Source of the DNA: a virus
Taxonomy: Duplodnaviria > Caudoviricetes
Strand: one strand, 5' to 3'
Virus record (IMG/VR): IMGVR_UViG_3300036985_002500
Coordinates: 1 to 56,845 of that record
Length of the DNA: 56,845 bases
Numbering within the stretch: the first letter of the stretch is position 1; the number at the start of each line of letters is the position of its first letter. Made by a program: the position numbers and the translations under genes. The notes under the pieces are model-generated. The model saw only the letters and a program-made list of their open reading frames with translations. It was not told the DNA's origin and did no database searches. Shown piece after piece: positions 25,601-34,779 of the stretch.

Positions 25601-28600
25601 TTCTAGTAATAGCTGTATCTAATGCCTTAGCTGTTTCAGCTTTACTTATTGACTTCATTAATAAATCTGTTTGAGCTTTAGAGTAAAGTTCTTTTGGAAG
25701 ATTTTCTTTAGCATAAGCTCTGATTTGCTCTTTCATCCCTTGAATGAATTTAACTGCGTCTTTAGCTCCTGCTTCTTTATTTTTTAACTGCTCTCTTAAT
25801 ACTTGACTATTAGTCATTGATACAGTAGGCTCTTCTTTAGCTGTTCCAGTTGCTTCGTCTACTTTTGCTTTAAACTCTTTAGCTGCATCTCTTTCTGCTT
25901 TGCTAATTCTCTTTTTAGGAAACTTTTCATTCATTCCCTTTTTATAATCTTCAAAAGCTTGAGTTCTCTGTTCTTTACCTAAATCTTTGTACCATTGAGA
26001 TTCTTTAATTTTTTTAAATCCTTCAGTTATAGCCTTTGCAATACTTACTCCTGCGTCTACTGCTGTAGCTACTATTTCTAATGAGCCATTAAACGCTTCT
26101 TTAAATCCAGGTATAGCAGACATTGCCATTCCAGTTCCACTTATTTTACCAGCACGAATCCTATCACCTAAAGATTCAAATTTTTCTTCTATTTTAGATT
26201 CTTCTTTTGACTCTTTAGTAATATTTAACATATCACCAGCATTAGATCTATCTCTCAAGTAAGCATTTAACTCTCTTCTAGAATCAAATAAATCATCTTC
26301 AGATAATAAATTTCCTATATCATTAATAGTAATTTCATCTGCTAAATTATCTAATTCATAAGGTAAATTATTTACTTCTCCTTTTCTAGCTTCAGCAACT
26401 AAGTCAAGTATTTCAGACGCATAACTATCTGGAAATTTATTTCTAATTGAAGTTCTAAATGCATTTAATTCTTCATTAGTCATTGGTCTATCAATCCTAT
26501 CCTGCCATGACTCTGCTTTCTCTTTTGGAGCTGCTTTTTCTGTTGACGATTCTGGTGCTTTAGATAATAAATCTTCTACAGCTTTTACTAGTTCAGGACT
26601 ACTACCATTTGCTTTAGCTTTATGATAGGCTTCTGCTATTGATTTTTTATTATTAAATGATTCAGGCAATTTAGTTATTTCTGTTTCATTTTCTGAAACA
26701 CTCTTTATAATAGAATCATCTATAACAATAAGTTCATTCCTTGATCTACTCGCAAAATCTTCACGTAGCAAAATAGCTTTTACACCTTTATCTTTTAGTA
26801 CTTGCAATTGAGCGTCACTTAAAGTTTCCCCTCTATATGGTAAGTTGTTTTCTTTTAGATAATTTGTAAAATCATCTGTATTATCGAAATAAATTAATCC
26901 ATCATTCTCAATAGAAGTATATATCTTGTCACCAGAATCTCTTCCAAATCTATCCATTGTACTCCAGTCTTCACTACTAAAATAAACACCAGGTATTGGT
27001 GAATCTATTGATGTTTCTTTAGGGTTAAATCCATTTTTCAATATTGATTTTTTATCTTTTGAATTTCTAGATAAATGAACTAAGTTTATTATTTTAGGAA
27101 GAAAAGATATTTTTGATGGTAATTTTACACTTTCTTTTTTATCACTTTGTTTTGCTATTTCTTTTATTTTTAAATCTCCTCCTGTAATTACAAATTTACC
27201 ATCACCTGCATCTTCAAACTTAACTGAATCATAGGTAGCTGATTCCAACGCTTTAGCTGTACTATCTATTTCTTCTTGTGTAGGAGCAGCTACCTCTTCA
27301 GTAACTACTGCTTGTGGATTGTATTCAAATTTATTTTCACCAACTTTTTTAAAGCCATTTTTTTCATAAAAATTACCTAACCTTTCCAAGTTAGTATCAG
27401 AATCCAATTCATTTGTAGTATCTAAAACTATTTTCTTACCCGTTCTATCAGCTTCTGATTTTACTGTTTCAAGTACCTTTGTACCTATACCTTTACCACG
27501 ATTTTCTTTTCCTACATAAACAGCAGTTAAATTTAAATCATCTCCTTTAGGAGTTAATAATACACTTGCATCAGGATTTTCTTCTGCTATCTTATTATTT
27601 ACTTCTTGTGCTGTGGCATAATTTTCTTCTGGAGTTTTAGCTACCGCTTCTGCCATTGGAGCTTCTTCAGTTGCGACCACTGGTTTTACAGCAGCTAATT
27701 CAGCATCATACTTAGCATTGATTTTATCTCTTGCAGCTTTGAAACTTTCAGACTCAACCTCAACTACTCCATAAGCACCAACTACTGGTTCTTTAGATCT
27801 GTCAATTTTATATTTAGCCTCAAGTGCTGTTATCTCGTCTTGTCTTCGTTGTTCAATATCAACTTTCTTAGTGTCTACTTCTGTGGGTTCTTCTTGAACC
27901 ACTCCACTAGGGCTAACCTCTTCTTTGCCTGCCCCAACGATAGGTTCGGTTTTGATAGGTTCTTTCCCTTTTGCGACTTCACCTGATACCCCTGTCTCGT
28001 TTTCTTGATCATTTACTACGGATTTATCTTCTAATTTATCTATTGCTTCTTTCTTTCCTTCTTTAGTCTTAACATATTCTGCGTATTCACTAACTGATCT
28101 CTCAGCAGAAGCTACGTCAGCTCCTATTTGAGCAAGTATTTTATCTAATCTAGCTTTCTTATCATCAGGTAATGCGAAGTATGCATCCTTACTACTGGTT
28201 GGCGATACTATTCCAAATGCAGAACCCATAACAAATGTTGACAATAAGAATTCTTCAACCTTATCAATAGATCCATATTGCTCCTCAATAGCAGACATCA
28301 TTTCTTGAAAGTTATCAGTTTGGCTATATATACTAGCTAACTGAGAGCCAGTTTCGTCACCTATTTCCGCTACCCCTCTTGCTGAAATCTTTCCAGCACT
28401 TTTCATTATATCAATAGCATCGCTAGTCTTATTGCCAAATATTGACTTAACCCATTTATACGCCTCAGTCTTAGGTGCTCCAGCCATTATTCCAGTAAGA
28501 GATTCAGATAGAATACCACCAGCTAATCCATTAAACCAATTTAATTCTCCTTCTGTAGATCCGACTACAGATCCACCAATCTCAAATTTAATACCTTGCT

Positions 28601-31490
28601 CAATACCAGCTTTAGATACTGGCAACAAGAATCTACCTAATTTTGTAGTTGATAAAGTAGCATCATATATATTTTCAGCTTTATTTAGGGTAGTTAATAC
28701 CTTGCTAGTACCTTGAACTCCAACTAATAATTTCTCTAATCCAACTCCTAATTTTAAAATTCCAGGCCCTACCCCTCCAGTAAGCACAAGTGGAGTAATA
28801 ATACCAACTGTAGAACCGCCCATTTTACCAAGATTCTCACGACTCATAAAATCAACAGCAGCTCTTTCCTCCATTCTTTGAATTGTAGCCTTATCAACAT
28901 ATCCATCAGGATCAAATCCTTGATTAGTCAATTCAGAAATCATTGTATTATTCATCTCAGACTTAGCAAAATATCCATCTGCCTTAGCTGTTTTTGGAGT
29001 TAATGTTTGAGCAATACCATTCATAAATGACTCAAAAAATCCAGTTGACTCATTTGTAAACCCAGTATCATTATTATAATACAATGTAGACATTTGATTT
29101 AGAGTACCTACATTTTGAAGGTATGTCTTCTCTACGTCTGATAATTTATAAAATCCATCCCAGTCAAATAAATCTTTAAATCTTCTATTAACAGATTGAA
29201 AATATCCATCGTCTAGATTATTATCTTTTGCTAATTTATTATTATCTGCTTGTAGTTGCTCATAATAAAAATCAAATCTTTGCTTAGGAGTTATATCTGA
29301 AGGTATAGCATTAAATATATTTTCTGCCATTGGAGACATATTAGTAGATACTGCCTGAACCAATTTTTTAGGTTGAGTTAAAAATACAGTAGACTTAGAA
29401 ATTTCTTCATCCTCTATAATTATATCAATGTATTCTAACTTTTTTCTTTCCTTTAATAGTTGTCTATATAAATCCTGATACTCTGGTCTTGATGAATCAC
29501 CTCCAAATACAGCTAATGATTTTTCTAATTTTTCTATATTAAATTGAGTATTTTCTTTATTAGATTTTTGCTGAATTATTCTATCGTTTGTAGCTGAGTA
29601 TCTTTCATTGTTAAATTTATCATAAGCCTCATTCATTGAAGACAATTTAGACTCTATGTAATTTCTTTCTTTTGAATTTAATGATGGAGAGTATATATAT
29701 CCACCATTCTTAGTGTCGGCCCTCATGTTCCCATTCTCAATATTCTCTAGCACAAAGTCAGACATTTTTGATGTTATCTCAAACAACTCTCTTGCATTTA
29801 TCTGAATATTTGAATCATCTTTTAAATCAAAGTGTTCTAAATATGTTTTCTTTTTATTATCTAGAGACATTCTAGCTAAACTCTTTCCTTGCTGAACACC
29901 TTCATTTACTTTTACGTTAAATGCCTTAGATGCATTAAAGAATTCTTCTGCATCTTTCAATGATTCAGCAATTACAGATGCTTTAGCTACATCGTATTTT
30001 CCGTCTCCTATTATTTTCTTTATCTCTTGTTGCTTTTGGATTATACCATCTTTTTGTTCTTGGGATAATTTATCTCCCATTAACATATTTACATCCTTGT
30101 TAATGAACTCATTAGCATCTTCAAATGCTTTATCGTATAAATCAACTTTATTTAATGCATCTGAATTTAAAAGTCTATTAGTCTCATCAACCATGTTAGC
30201 ATATCCAGTGCCGAAAGCTTTTATGTTTAATTTCTGTCCGTCAGTTCTTAATGTAGCTATCTCGCTAACCTTTGGTGTTCTATATGCATACTTTTCTAGC
30301 TTTTCTATTCTTTGATTTACATCTCCTTCAGTTAATGGTTGATATTTACCATTTACAGATCCTGCTTTATACCAATTATTACCTGACTTTTTGAAGCTAG
30401 CATCGCTATCAGGAAGTGAATAAATACCATCAGGTTTCCCTTTATAATCTACTAGATTAGCTACTTCTCTTGGTAAAGACTTTTGTATTTCAGCTTTTTT
30501 CTCATCGTAATTAAAATTTAAAGTTCCATCCTGATTATATCTTTCAGTTTCAGAACCTATATTTTTTCTTATTAATGTATTAAACGCTATATTATCTGCT
30601 ACCATTGGGCTTCCAGATGCAGTTAAAACAGAATTAGCATTAAAGTCAGTTATATTACCAAATCTTTCTGATATATTTTTATCAGTATTAATTGATGCTT
30701 TTGACTTAACATCTTTCCCATCTCCAACTTGTTTAGCATCTCTTTCTAATAATGCTATTCTTCTAGCTGCATCTTTTTCTATAGGAAGGAAATTTCCAGA
30801 ACTATCGTAATCTTTAAGCCACTTATCTTTACCTACTTTTTTATACATAGCATCTGGCTGACCAGCGTATACATAAGTTCCATTAGGTTTTTCTTTATCG
30901 TCTTTGTTTACCTTTCGTACAACTCCATCGCTATCTACCTTAATACCAGAAGCTTTATAAGTTGTATTGATTTTATCTAACTCAACTTTCTTGTCTTGCT
31001 CAGGACTCCCGATAGATAGTCCATCTTCTGTAATGAGAGACATTGGCTCTTCATTAATTACTTCTTCAGTTTTAGTTTCTACTGGTTGAACTATTGGATT
31101 TGGATCTTCACTAATATATAAACCATCCTCTGTGTATGAGCCTTGAGGCTTAATAGCACTTTCTCTAGGTTGGTCAACGAACATTTCTTCATTGAATCCT
31201 TGCAGATTTACTGGTGTTAAATTTAACTCAGAATATAATCTGTCTTCACTTGATTGTTCTGCTTGAATTTCAGGCTGAATAACCTCTTCTTGAATTGGAG
31301 CTGTAGGAATATCTTGTGTAGGAACAATAGCTTCAGGCTGTGCACTTGGTTGTACACTAGCCTGAACTTGTTGTTTTGGAAGTTTTATATTGAATTGTTC
31401 TGCTGTAACTTCTGATTCTGGAGAAGATTGTATAGTTTCGCCAAATCCACCAGTTTGAGTAGACATTAAGTCTTTAGAGCTTGTAGCCAT
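22698..31490 (-). CDS. Giant ejection/polyvalent virion protein (GNAT and ART-like domains)
   Basis: 2930 aa, largely helical; RGKGIG...FYEKNGF (GNAT); H..GF..GVYFS..E.IV (ART-like); TATATTTG at 31506-13. Confidence 0.8.
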   Translation of the reverse strand: MATSSKDLMSTQTGGFGETIQSSPESEVTAEQFNIKLPKQQVQASVQPSAQPEAIVPTQDIPTAPIQEEVIQPEIQAEQSSEDRLYSELNLTPVNLQGFNEEMFVDQPRESAIKPQGSYTEDGLYISEDPNPIVQPVETKTEEVINEEPMSLITEDGLSIGSPEQDKKVELDKINTTYKASGIKVDSDGVVRKVNKDDKEKPNGTYVYAGQPDAMYKKVGKDKWLKDYDSSGNFLPIEKDAARRIALLERDAKQVGDGKDVKSKASINTDKNISERFGNITDFNANSVLTASGSPMVADNIAFNTLIRKNIGSETERYNQDGTLNFNYDEKKAEIQKSLPREVANLVDYKGKPDGIYSLPDSDASFKKSGNNWYKAGSVNGKYQPLTEGDVNQRIEKLEKYAYRTPKVSEIATLRTDGQKLNIKAFGTGYANMVDETNRLLNSDALNKVDLYDKAFEDANEFINKDVNMLMGDKLSQEQKDGIIQKQQEIKKIIGDGKYDVAKASVIAESLKDAEEFFNASKAFNVKVNEGVQQGKSLARMSLDNKKKTYLEHFDLKDDSNIQINARELFEITSKMSDFVLENIENGNMRADTKNGGYIYSPSLNSKERNYIESKLSSMNEAYDKFNNERYSATNDRIIQQKSNKENTQFNIEKLEKSLAVFGGDSSRPEYQDLYRQLLKERKKLEYIDIIIEDEEISKSTVFLTQPKKLVQAVSTNMSPMAENIFNAIPSDITPKQRFDFYYEQLQADNNKLAKDNNLDDGYFQSVNRRFKDLFDWDGFYKLSDVEKTYLQNVGTLNQMSTLYYNNDTGFTNESTGFFESFMNGIAQTLTPKTAKADGYFAKSEMNNTMISELTNQGFDPDGYVDKATIQRMEERAAVDFMSRENLGKMGGSTVGIITPLVLTGGVGPGILKLGVGLEKLLVGVQGTSKVLTTLNKAENIYDATLSTTKLGRFLLPVSKAGIEQGIKFEIGGSVVGSTEGELNWFNGLAGGILSESLTGIMAGAPKTEAYKWVKSIFGNKTSDAIDIMKSAGKISARGVAEIGDETGSQLASIYSQTDNFQEMMSAIEEQYGSIDKVEEFLLSTFVMGSAFGIVSPTSSKDAYFALPDDKKARLDKILAQIGADVASAERSVSEYAEYVKTKEGKKEAIDKLEDKSVVNDQENETGVSGEVAKGKEPIKTEPIVGAGKEEVSPSGVVQEEPTEVDTKKVDIEQRRQDEITALEAKYKIDRSKEPVVGAYGVVEVESESFKAARDKINAKYDAELAAVKPVVATEEAPMAEAVAKTPEENYATAQEVNNKIAEENPDASVLLTPKGDDLNLTAVYVGKENRGKGIGTKVLETVKSEADRTGKKIVLDTTNELDSDTNLERLGNFYEKNGFKKVGENKFEYNPQAVVTEEVAAPTQEEIDSTAKALESATYDSVKFEDAGDGKFVITGGDLKIKEIAKQSDKKESVKLPSKISFLPKIINLVHLSRNSKDKKSILKNGFNPKETSIDSPIPGVYFSSEDWSTMDRFGRDSGDKIYTSIENDGLIYFDNTDDFTNYLKENNLPYRGETLSDAQLQVLKDKGVKAILLREDFASRSRNELIVIDDSIIKSVSENETEITKLPESFNNKKSIAEAYHKAKANGSSPELVKAVEDLLSKAPESSTEKAAPKEKAESWQDRIDRPMTNEELNAFRTSIRNKFPDSYASEILDLVAEARKGEVNNLPYELDNLADEITINDIGNLLSEDDLFDSRRELNAYLRDRSNAGDMLNITKESKEESKIEEKFESLGDRIRAGKISGTGMAMSAIPGFKEAFNGSLEIVATAVDAGVSIAKAITEGFKKIKESQWYKDLGKEQRTQAFEDYKKGMNEKFPKKRISKAERDAAKEFKAKVDEATGTAKEEPTVSMTNSQVLREQLKNKEAGAKDAVKFIQGMKEQIRAYAKENLPKELYSKAQTDLLMKSISKAETAKALDTAITRIDKMIENKAEAKRILTAKNIVKKIKNKREFLTKVNDKWKGKTTVESQREFKEFINSGALDDLELKTQEELDAIMKIIEDIIDTGKADFKTFNNAKEDTKKVENATLLKGLAKTPDVILNTREEIIEFLENGGAVIIQGRLYKKADMAAFKPPSAKNKNTSTVGLPDSYFSNVEGYEAENIAFTREAVRRRDAKVFRRVARALNPLNAMSDIYSLLKGTWAKSDAVKKYVTDNIERPLIKAMHDILHGQAVKIREYYAGFNEIFGSKRKGISRLSDTISDKDNPVNNKLREFYQITNSHMVNYYNLLRVENGPKRLAKSGVDVLALEKYMDANQDLKDYADFLMQKYEDSKVDYEPIYEAANNMPFPEKLYYPEYASNFDEDFIDIDSVLNEDGTINAMSAVTNNLKQRTRFNDQYDLNMNAHNVYLNYIKNMEHSRNLFEIAKKTNQLFSTTNAPYLITNMGLDKYNELREHMAVILSNSTPKTGTTTYSKGISQLLNFSVLSTLGFKPASIAKQFTSFTHYWTAGIADGVDPWQIWGGTVPTNKEEWDFVKSLWNSDYRKDRMRGGSIDVETKKVIDAALKSKTAKGWIIANQAAMSPIIVGDMLAVAYGPGGGSAFALATYRQRLSEGMSKEEAADYAYRRWVEETEKTQQSTRVDLTSNIQRDPLWRMAGTYRTGQASMAKKVINAVKLLNSGTTLTTREKVQAITDIVYYSAFGSVLFSVVASGAVGAMMSSDDDEDKRIRHDIVWDQIGSDLQGYGAIGHLGDWTLNAMRGDIWKNNIPVVNFVQKLATLPAIVPAASYRKFEDLSKEDQLEFASEAGAVDIFGNVGGEYINQFDPEVVAKLFEEYNNQIFWNKLTDAEARDISKAIGFKNIDDLISNMTQYIKGDKGLNDALMNYEEDYFQMSKERNKVDYLYKIFSGGEDYIIDEEQGYKINEVKLPTKPAKVIEAYPTGEKQKVYKTYN

Positions 31491-31537
31491 CTTATATCTT
31501 TTTTACAAATATAAGAATAGTATCTTAATTATAATTA

Positions 31538-34033
31538 TTACTCCTCTGAAGATTCACCACCACCGCTAGAAAATTCAATCGTTGAAGGGCTTCCAAATGT
31601 TTTAGCAGCCTCTTTAGCTTTATATTCCCATTGAATATCTTTATTAGCAGCACTACCAGCATTACTTATGTTTGAAACTTCGCCAATAAGCTCTCCTGGT
31701 AATTCTGATTCTATATAATTAAGTGCAGTTCCATCTATACCTTCTGCTATCGTAACTGAAAAAGCTTTTTCTATATCTCTAGAAATAGTGCATTTATTTT
31801 TACTAGCATTATATTGAGCTAAATTAGATCCATCAGCTTTTAGGTATATTGTAACTCCATTTTTACCTATAAAAGCTGGAAGTAACTCAGTTCTAATTAC
31901 TTTTGTGCTAATAGTTCCTGGAGATACTTTTCCAAAATTAGCTTTATCTGTATCTGAGAATACTTGTGTAGTTCCTGCTGATCTTATCTTTAAACTTGAT
32001 TTAGATATTCTATCTGCTGGAAGATTCATTCCAACCCATTCATATTGTTTGACTCCATCTGTTACTACTTGTTTACCTTTTGAATCTAATACTGGTTTTT
32101 TCACTTCAACTTGAAATTGTCTTATTTGTTTACCATTTCTATCTAAAGTAGGCTTAGTATCTAGCTTGGCATTGAACTTAGGTATATAAGATGATATAGC
32201 TCCAGTTAGCTTGTCTACACCAACATCAGTACCAGGGAAGTATGTTTTAGCTATTTGAGTTATTTTATCTGCTCTTTTAGTAGGACTTAAATTTGGATCA
32301 ATACTAGCTATTTCTTGTTGGAATGATTTTTTAGTTACATCATTTATAGCATCAGTCATTTGACCATCAAAACTTGAAAATAATGAAGCTTCATTTGTTT
32401 TCTTTGTGTATTCAAACTCTGCCTTCTTTTGAGCTAGATTAGCTTGCCATTGATTAGCATTTTTATCAGTCTTATAAGTAAGAAGAGTAGAAGGCTGAAT
32501 CATAGATGCAAATGTTTTTTTCAATTCTTCTGCTTGCTCTTCAGATCCATTATTAGCATCTATCCAAGCATCAATCATATCTTTGTACTTGCCGCCAAAA
32601 TATTTATTTACACCAGTAGCATAAGTAGTAGTATCATAGTTTGGATCTTGAATCTCTTGCAAGAATGCATCTCTTTCATCTATCCATGTTTTAGAATTAT
32701 ATTCTCCTCCAGTCTTTAAGTTTAAAGGAGATTCAGACATATTCTTTGGATCAAGCATCCATTTAGCTTGCTCAGTAACCCAAGGCATACCATTCATGTA
32801 TACTTTAGCGTCATTCAATAATGAAGTCATATTTGATTTACCTTCATATATATCATCAAAATTATCTATTTGTGCAGATAATATTTTTTGAGATAAATCA
32901 AGAATTTCATCAGGTTGATATACATCTTTATCTAAACCTTTTTTTCTAATATCATCAGCCCATGCTACAGCTCCAGTAATTTCTTTTGCTTTAGCTTGTA
33001 TTCTATTTAATTTAGCTACGGAATCTCTATCTCGCATTACTGCTTCTGGATCATAATTATGCTTTTCTAATATGTCAGATATAGTATTTGTAGATAATTC
33101 ATTAAACTTGTCTTTATATTGATAAGATACATCAGGCAAATCTCTTATAGCATCTATCTTAGCTTGTTTAGCTTTAGCTGCTTCAACCAATGCTCTTTTT
33201 CTAGCATCATATAATCCCATAGGAAGTCTAGCTCCAGGGGCTGCAAATATTGGAACTGATCCTATATATCTACCACTAAAAGTACCTACGTTTATATCTT
33301 TATTTATGTTAGGATAATAATCTTGAACACCAAGTCTCTCAACTACAGCTTCGGGAACTTCAGATATTCTAGTTCTTACATCTTTAACTACGTCTTGTTC
33401 TACCTGATCTTTAGTAGCAGTAGCCTCATAAGAAGGTCTGCCATTAGCCGTACCGCCACTAGCTACAACATCTGACACCATTGAACCATCGCCAATTATT
33501 CTATCAGTTTCTTGTGATGCTAGATTGCTTATTTCATCAATTGCTTTATTCGCTAAATCTGTTTCCTCAGCTTTTAATTTAGCTTCTTCTATATCGGCTG
33601 CTTCTTTTAGTATTTTAGCTTGTTCTATTTCTGTAGTTGTAGAATTTTGATCAGTTATAACTTTTTCAAGTATAGTATTTCCAACACTTGGAGTAGTTTC
33701 AGCAGCCTTATTTACTTCATCCTTAGTTACATTAGCAGCTATAACATCTGGAGACGCTTCTATTTGTTTTTCAGGAACTTTTTCAGATACTATGTTTGAA
33801 AGTATAGATGGAGTTGGAGCTTCTGCTGTTACAACCGCTTCTTTCTTAGTGTCTTGTACTGGAGGAACATTAGTAGCTGTTTCATCTTTTACTGGGGACA
33901 CATCAGCGACAACTTCTTCTTTAGGTTTGCCCATTTTTGGCTCTACTGGCCACTCAAGAGATATACCAGTTCGTTTATCTGCTCTTGCTACTTTCTTAGC
34001 TAATCTTGCTTGTTTTCTATCTTCTGCTGGCAT
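31538..34033 (-). CDS. Ejection/internal virion protein
   Basis: 831 aa, low-complexity N-terminus, middle gene of a three-gene ejectosome-like block. Confidence 0.65.
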   Translation of the reverse strand: MPAEDRKQARLAKKVARADKRTGISLEWPVEPKMGKPKEEVVADVSPVKDETATNVPPVQDTKKEAVVTAEAPTPSILSNIVSEKVPEKQIEASPDVIAANVTKDEVNKAAETTPSVGNTILEKVITDQNSTTTEIEQAKILKEAADIEEAKLKAEETDLANKAIDEISNLASQETDRIIGDGSMVSDVVASGGTANGRPSYEATATKDQVEQDVVKDVRTRISEVPEAVVERLGVQDYYPNINKDINVGTFSGRYIGSVPIFAAPGARLPMGLYDARKRALVEAAKAKQAKIDAIRDLPDVSYQYKDKFNELSTNTISDILEKHNYDPEAVMRDRDSVAKLNRIQAKAKEITGAVAWADDIRKKGLDKDVYQPDEILDLSQKILSAQIDNFDDIYEGKSNMTSLLNDAKVYMNGMPWVTEQAKWMLDPKNMSESPLNLKTGGEYNSKTWIDERDAFLQEIQDPNYDTTTYATGVNKYFGGKYKDMIDAWIDANNGSEEQAEELKKTFASMIQPSTLLTYKTDKNANQWQANLAQKKAEFEYTKKTNEASLFSSFDGQMTDAINDVTKKSFQQEIASIDPNLSPTKRADKITQIAKTYFPGTDVGVDKLTGAISSYIPKFNAKLDTKPTLDRNGKQIRQFQVEVKKPVLDSKGKQVVTDGVKQYEWVGMNLPADRISKSSLKIRSAGTTQVFSDTDKANFGKVSPGTISTKVIRTELLPAFIGKNGVTIYLKADGSNLAQYNASKNKCTISRDIEKAFSVTIAEGIDGTALNYIESELPGELIGEVSNISNAGSAANKDIQWEYKAKEAAKTFGSPSTIEFSSGGGESSEE

Positions 34034-34055
34034 AATAATGTTTTATATAATTTTT

Positions 34056-34754
34056 TTATGCTGCTGTACTTCCGCCTTTTGCAGCCAATGCTTTTGCGGC
34101 TTCTTCTTGTAATTTCTTTTTACCAGTACCCAAACTAGCCAATAGATTATCAGTACCAGCCGATGTATTTGTAGCTCCTTTAGCTGACATTCTAGTTGAT
34201 CTTAATGTATATTTATCTTCTTTAGAACCAACCATTTCTTGAGATTGAGCCGCTGCTTGTTTAGCGTAATCAGAAGCTAATACGGCAGAACCTTCATTTA
34301 TATTTCGAAGAGCTGGATTCAGAACAGATGCTATCAATCCAGGATTCACTGGCCCTCCTGAGTTAAAAGCATTTTGCCCCATAGTCTTTGCTCCTTGAAG
34401 CGCAGCTTTTCCTGCTGTAAAAGAACTAGTTCCAGTAAGTGCTTTAGCTTGTTGTGTTTTTAATCCACTCAATACTTGTCTAGCCATTGGATTTTCATCT
34501 GGACCAAGTAATGCATCTGCTTTTTTAGATTGTATAGCGCCCAATACCATTTGACCAGCGCCAAAAGCCGCACCTAATCCTCCTGGCAAACTTTTCTTTC
34601 CCATATCATCATTTTTTTTATCTTTTTTCTTACCTATTGAACCGCCTATTTTACCACCTAGAAAAGATCCAATCTTTGTTCCTATTCCTGGTAATAATGC
34701 AGTTCCTAATGCTGCTCCTGCTGCAGATCCAACTGCTGCGCCTACTGCACCCAT
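34056..34754 (-). CDS. Glycine-zipper DNA pilot/ejection protein
   Basis: GxxxG-rich N-terminus, Ala/Gln-rich helical body. Confidence 0.65.
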   Translation of the reverse strand: MGAVGAAVGSAAGAALGTALLPGIGTKIGSFLGGKIGGSIGKKKDKKNDDMGKKSLPGGLGAAFGAGQMVLGAIQSKKADALLGPDENPMARQVLSGLKTQQAKALTGTSSFTAGKAALQGAKTMGQNAFNSGGPVNPGLIASVLNPALRNINEGSAVLASDYAKQAAAQSQEMVGSKEDKYTLRSTRMSAKGATNTSAGTDNLLASLGTGKKKLQEEAAKALAAKGGSTAA

Positions 34755-34779
34755 AATATATTTTCTTTAAAGTTAATAA

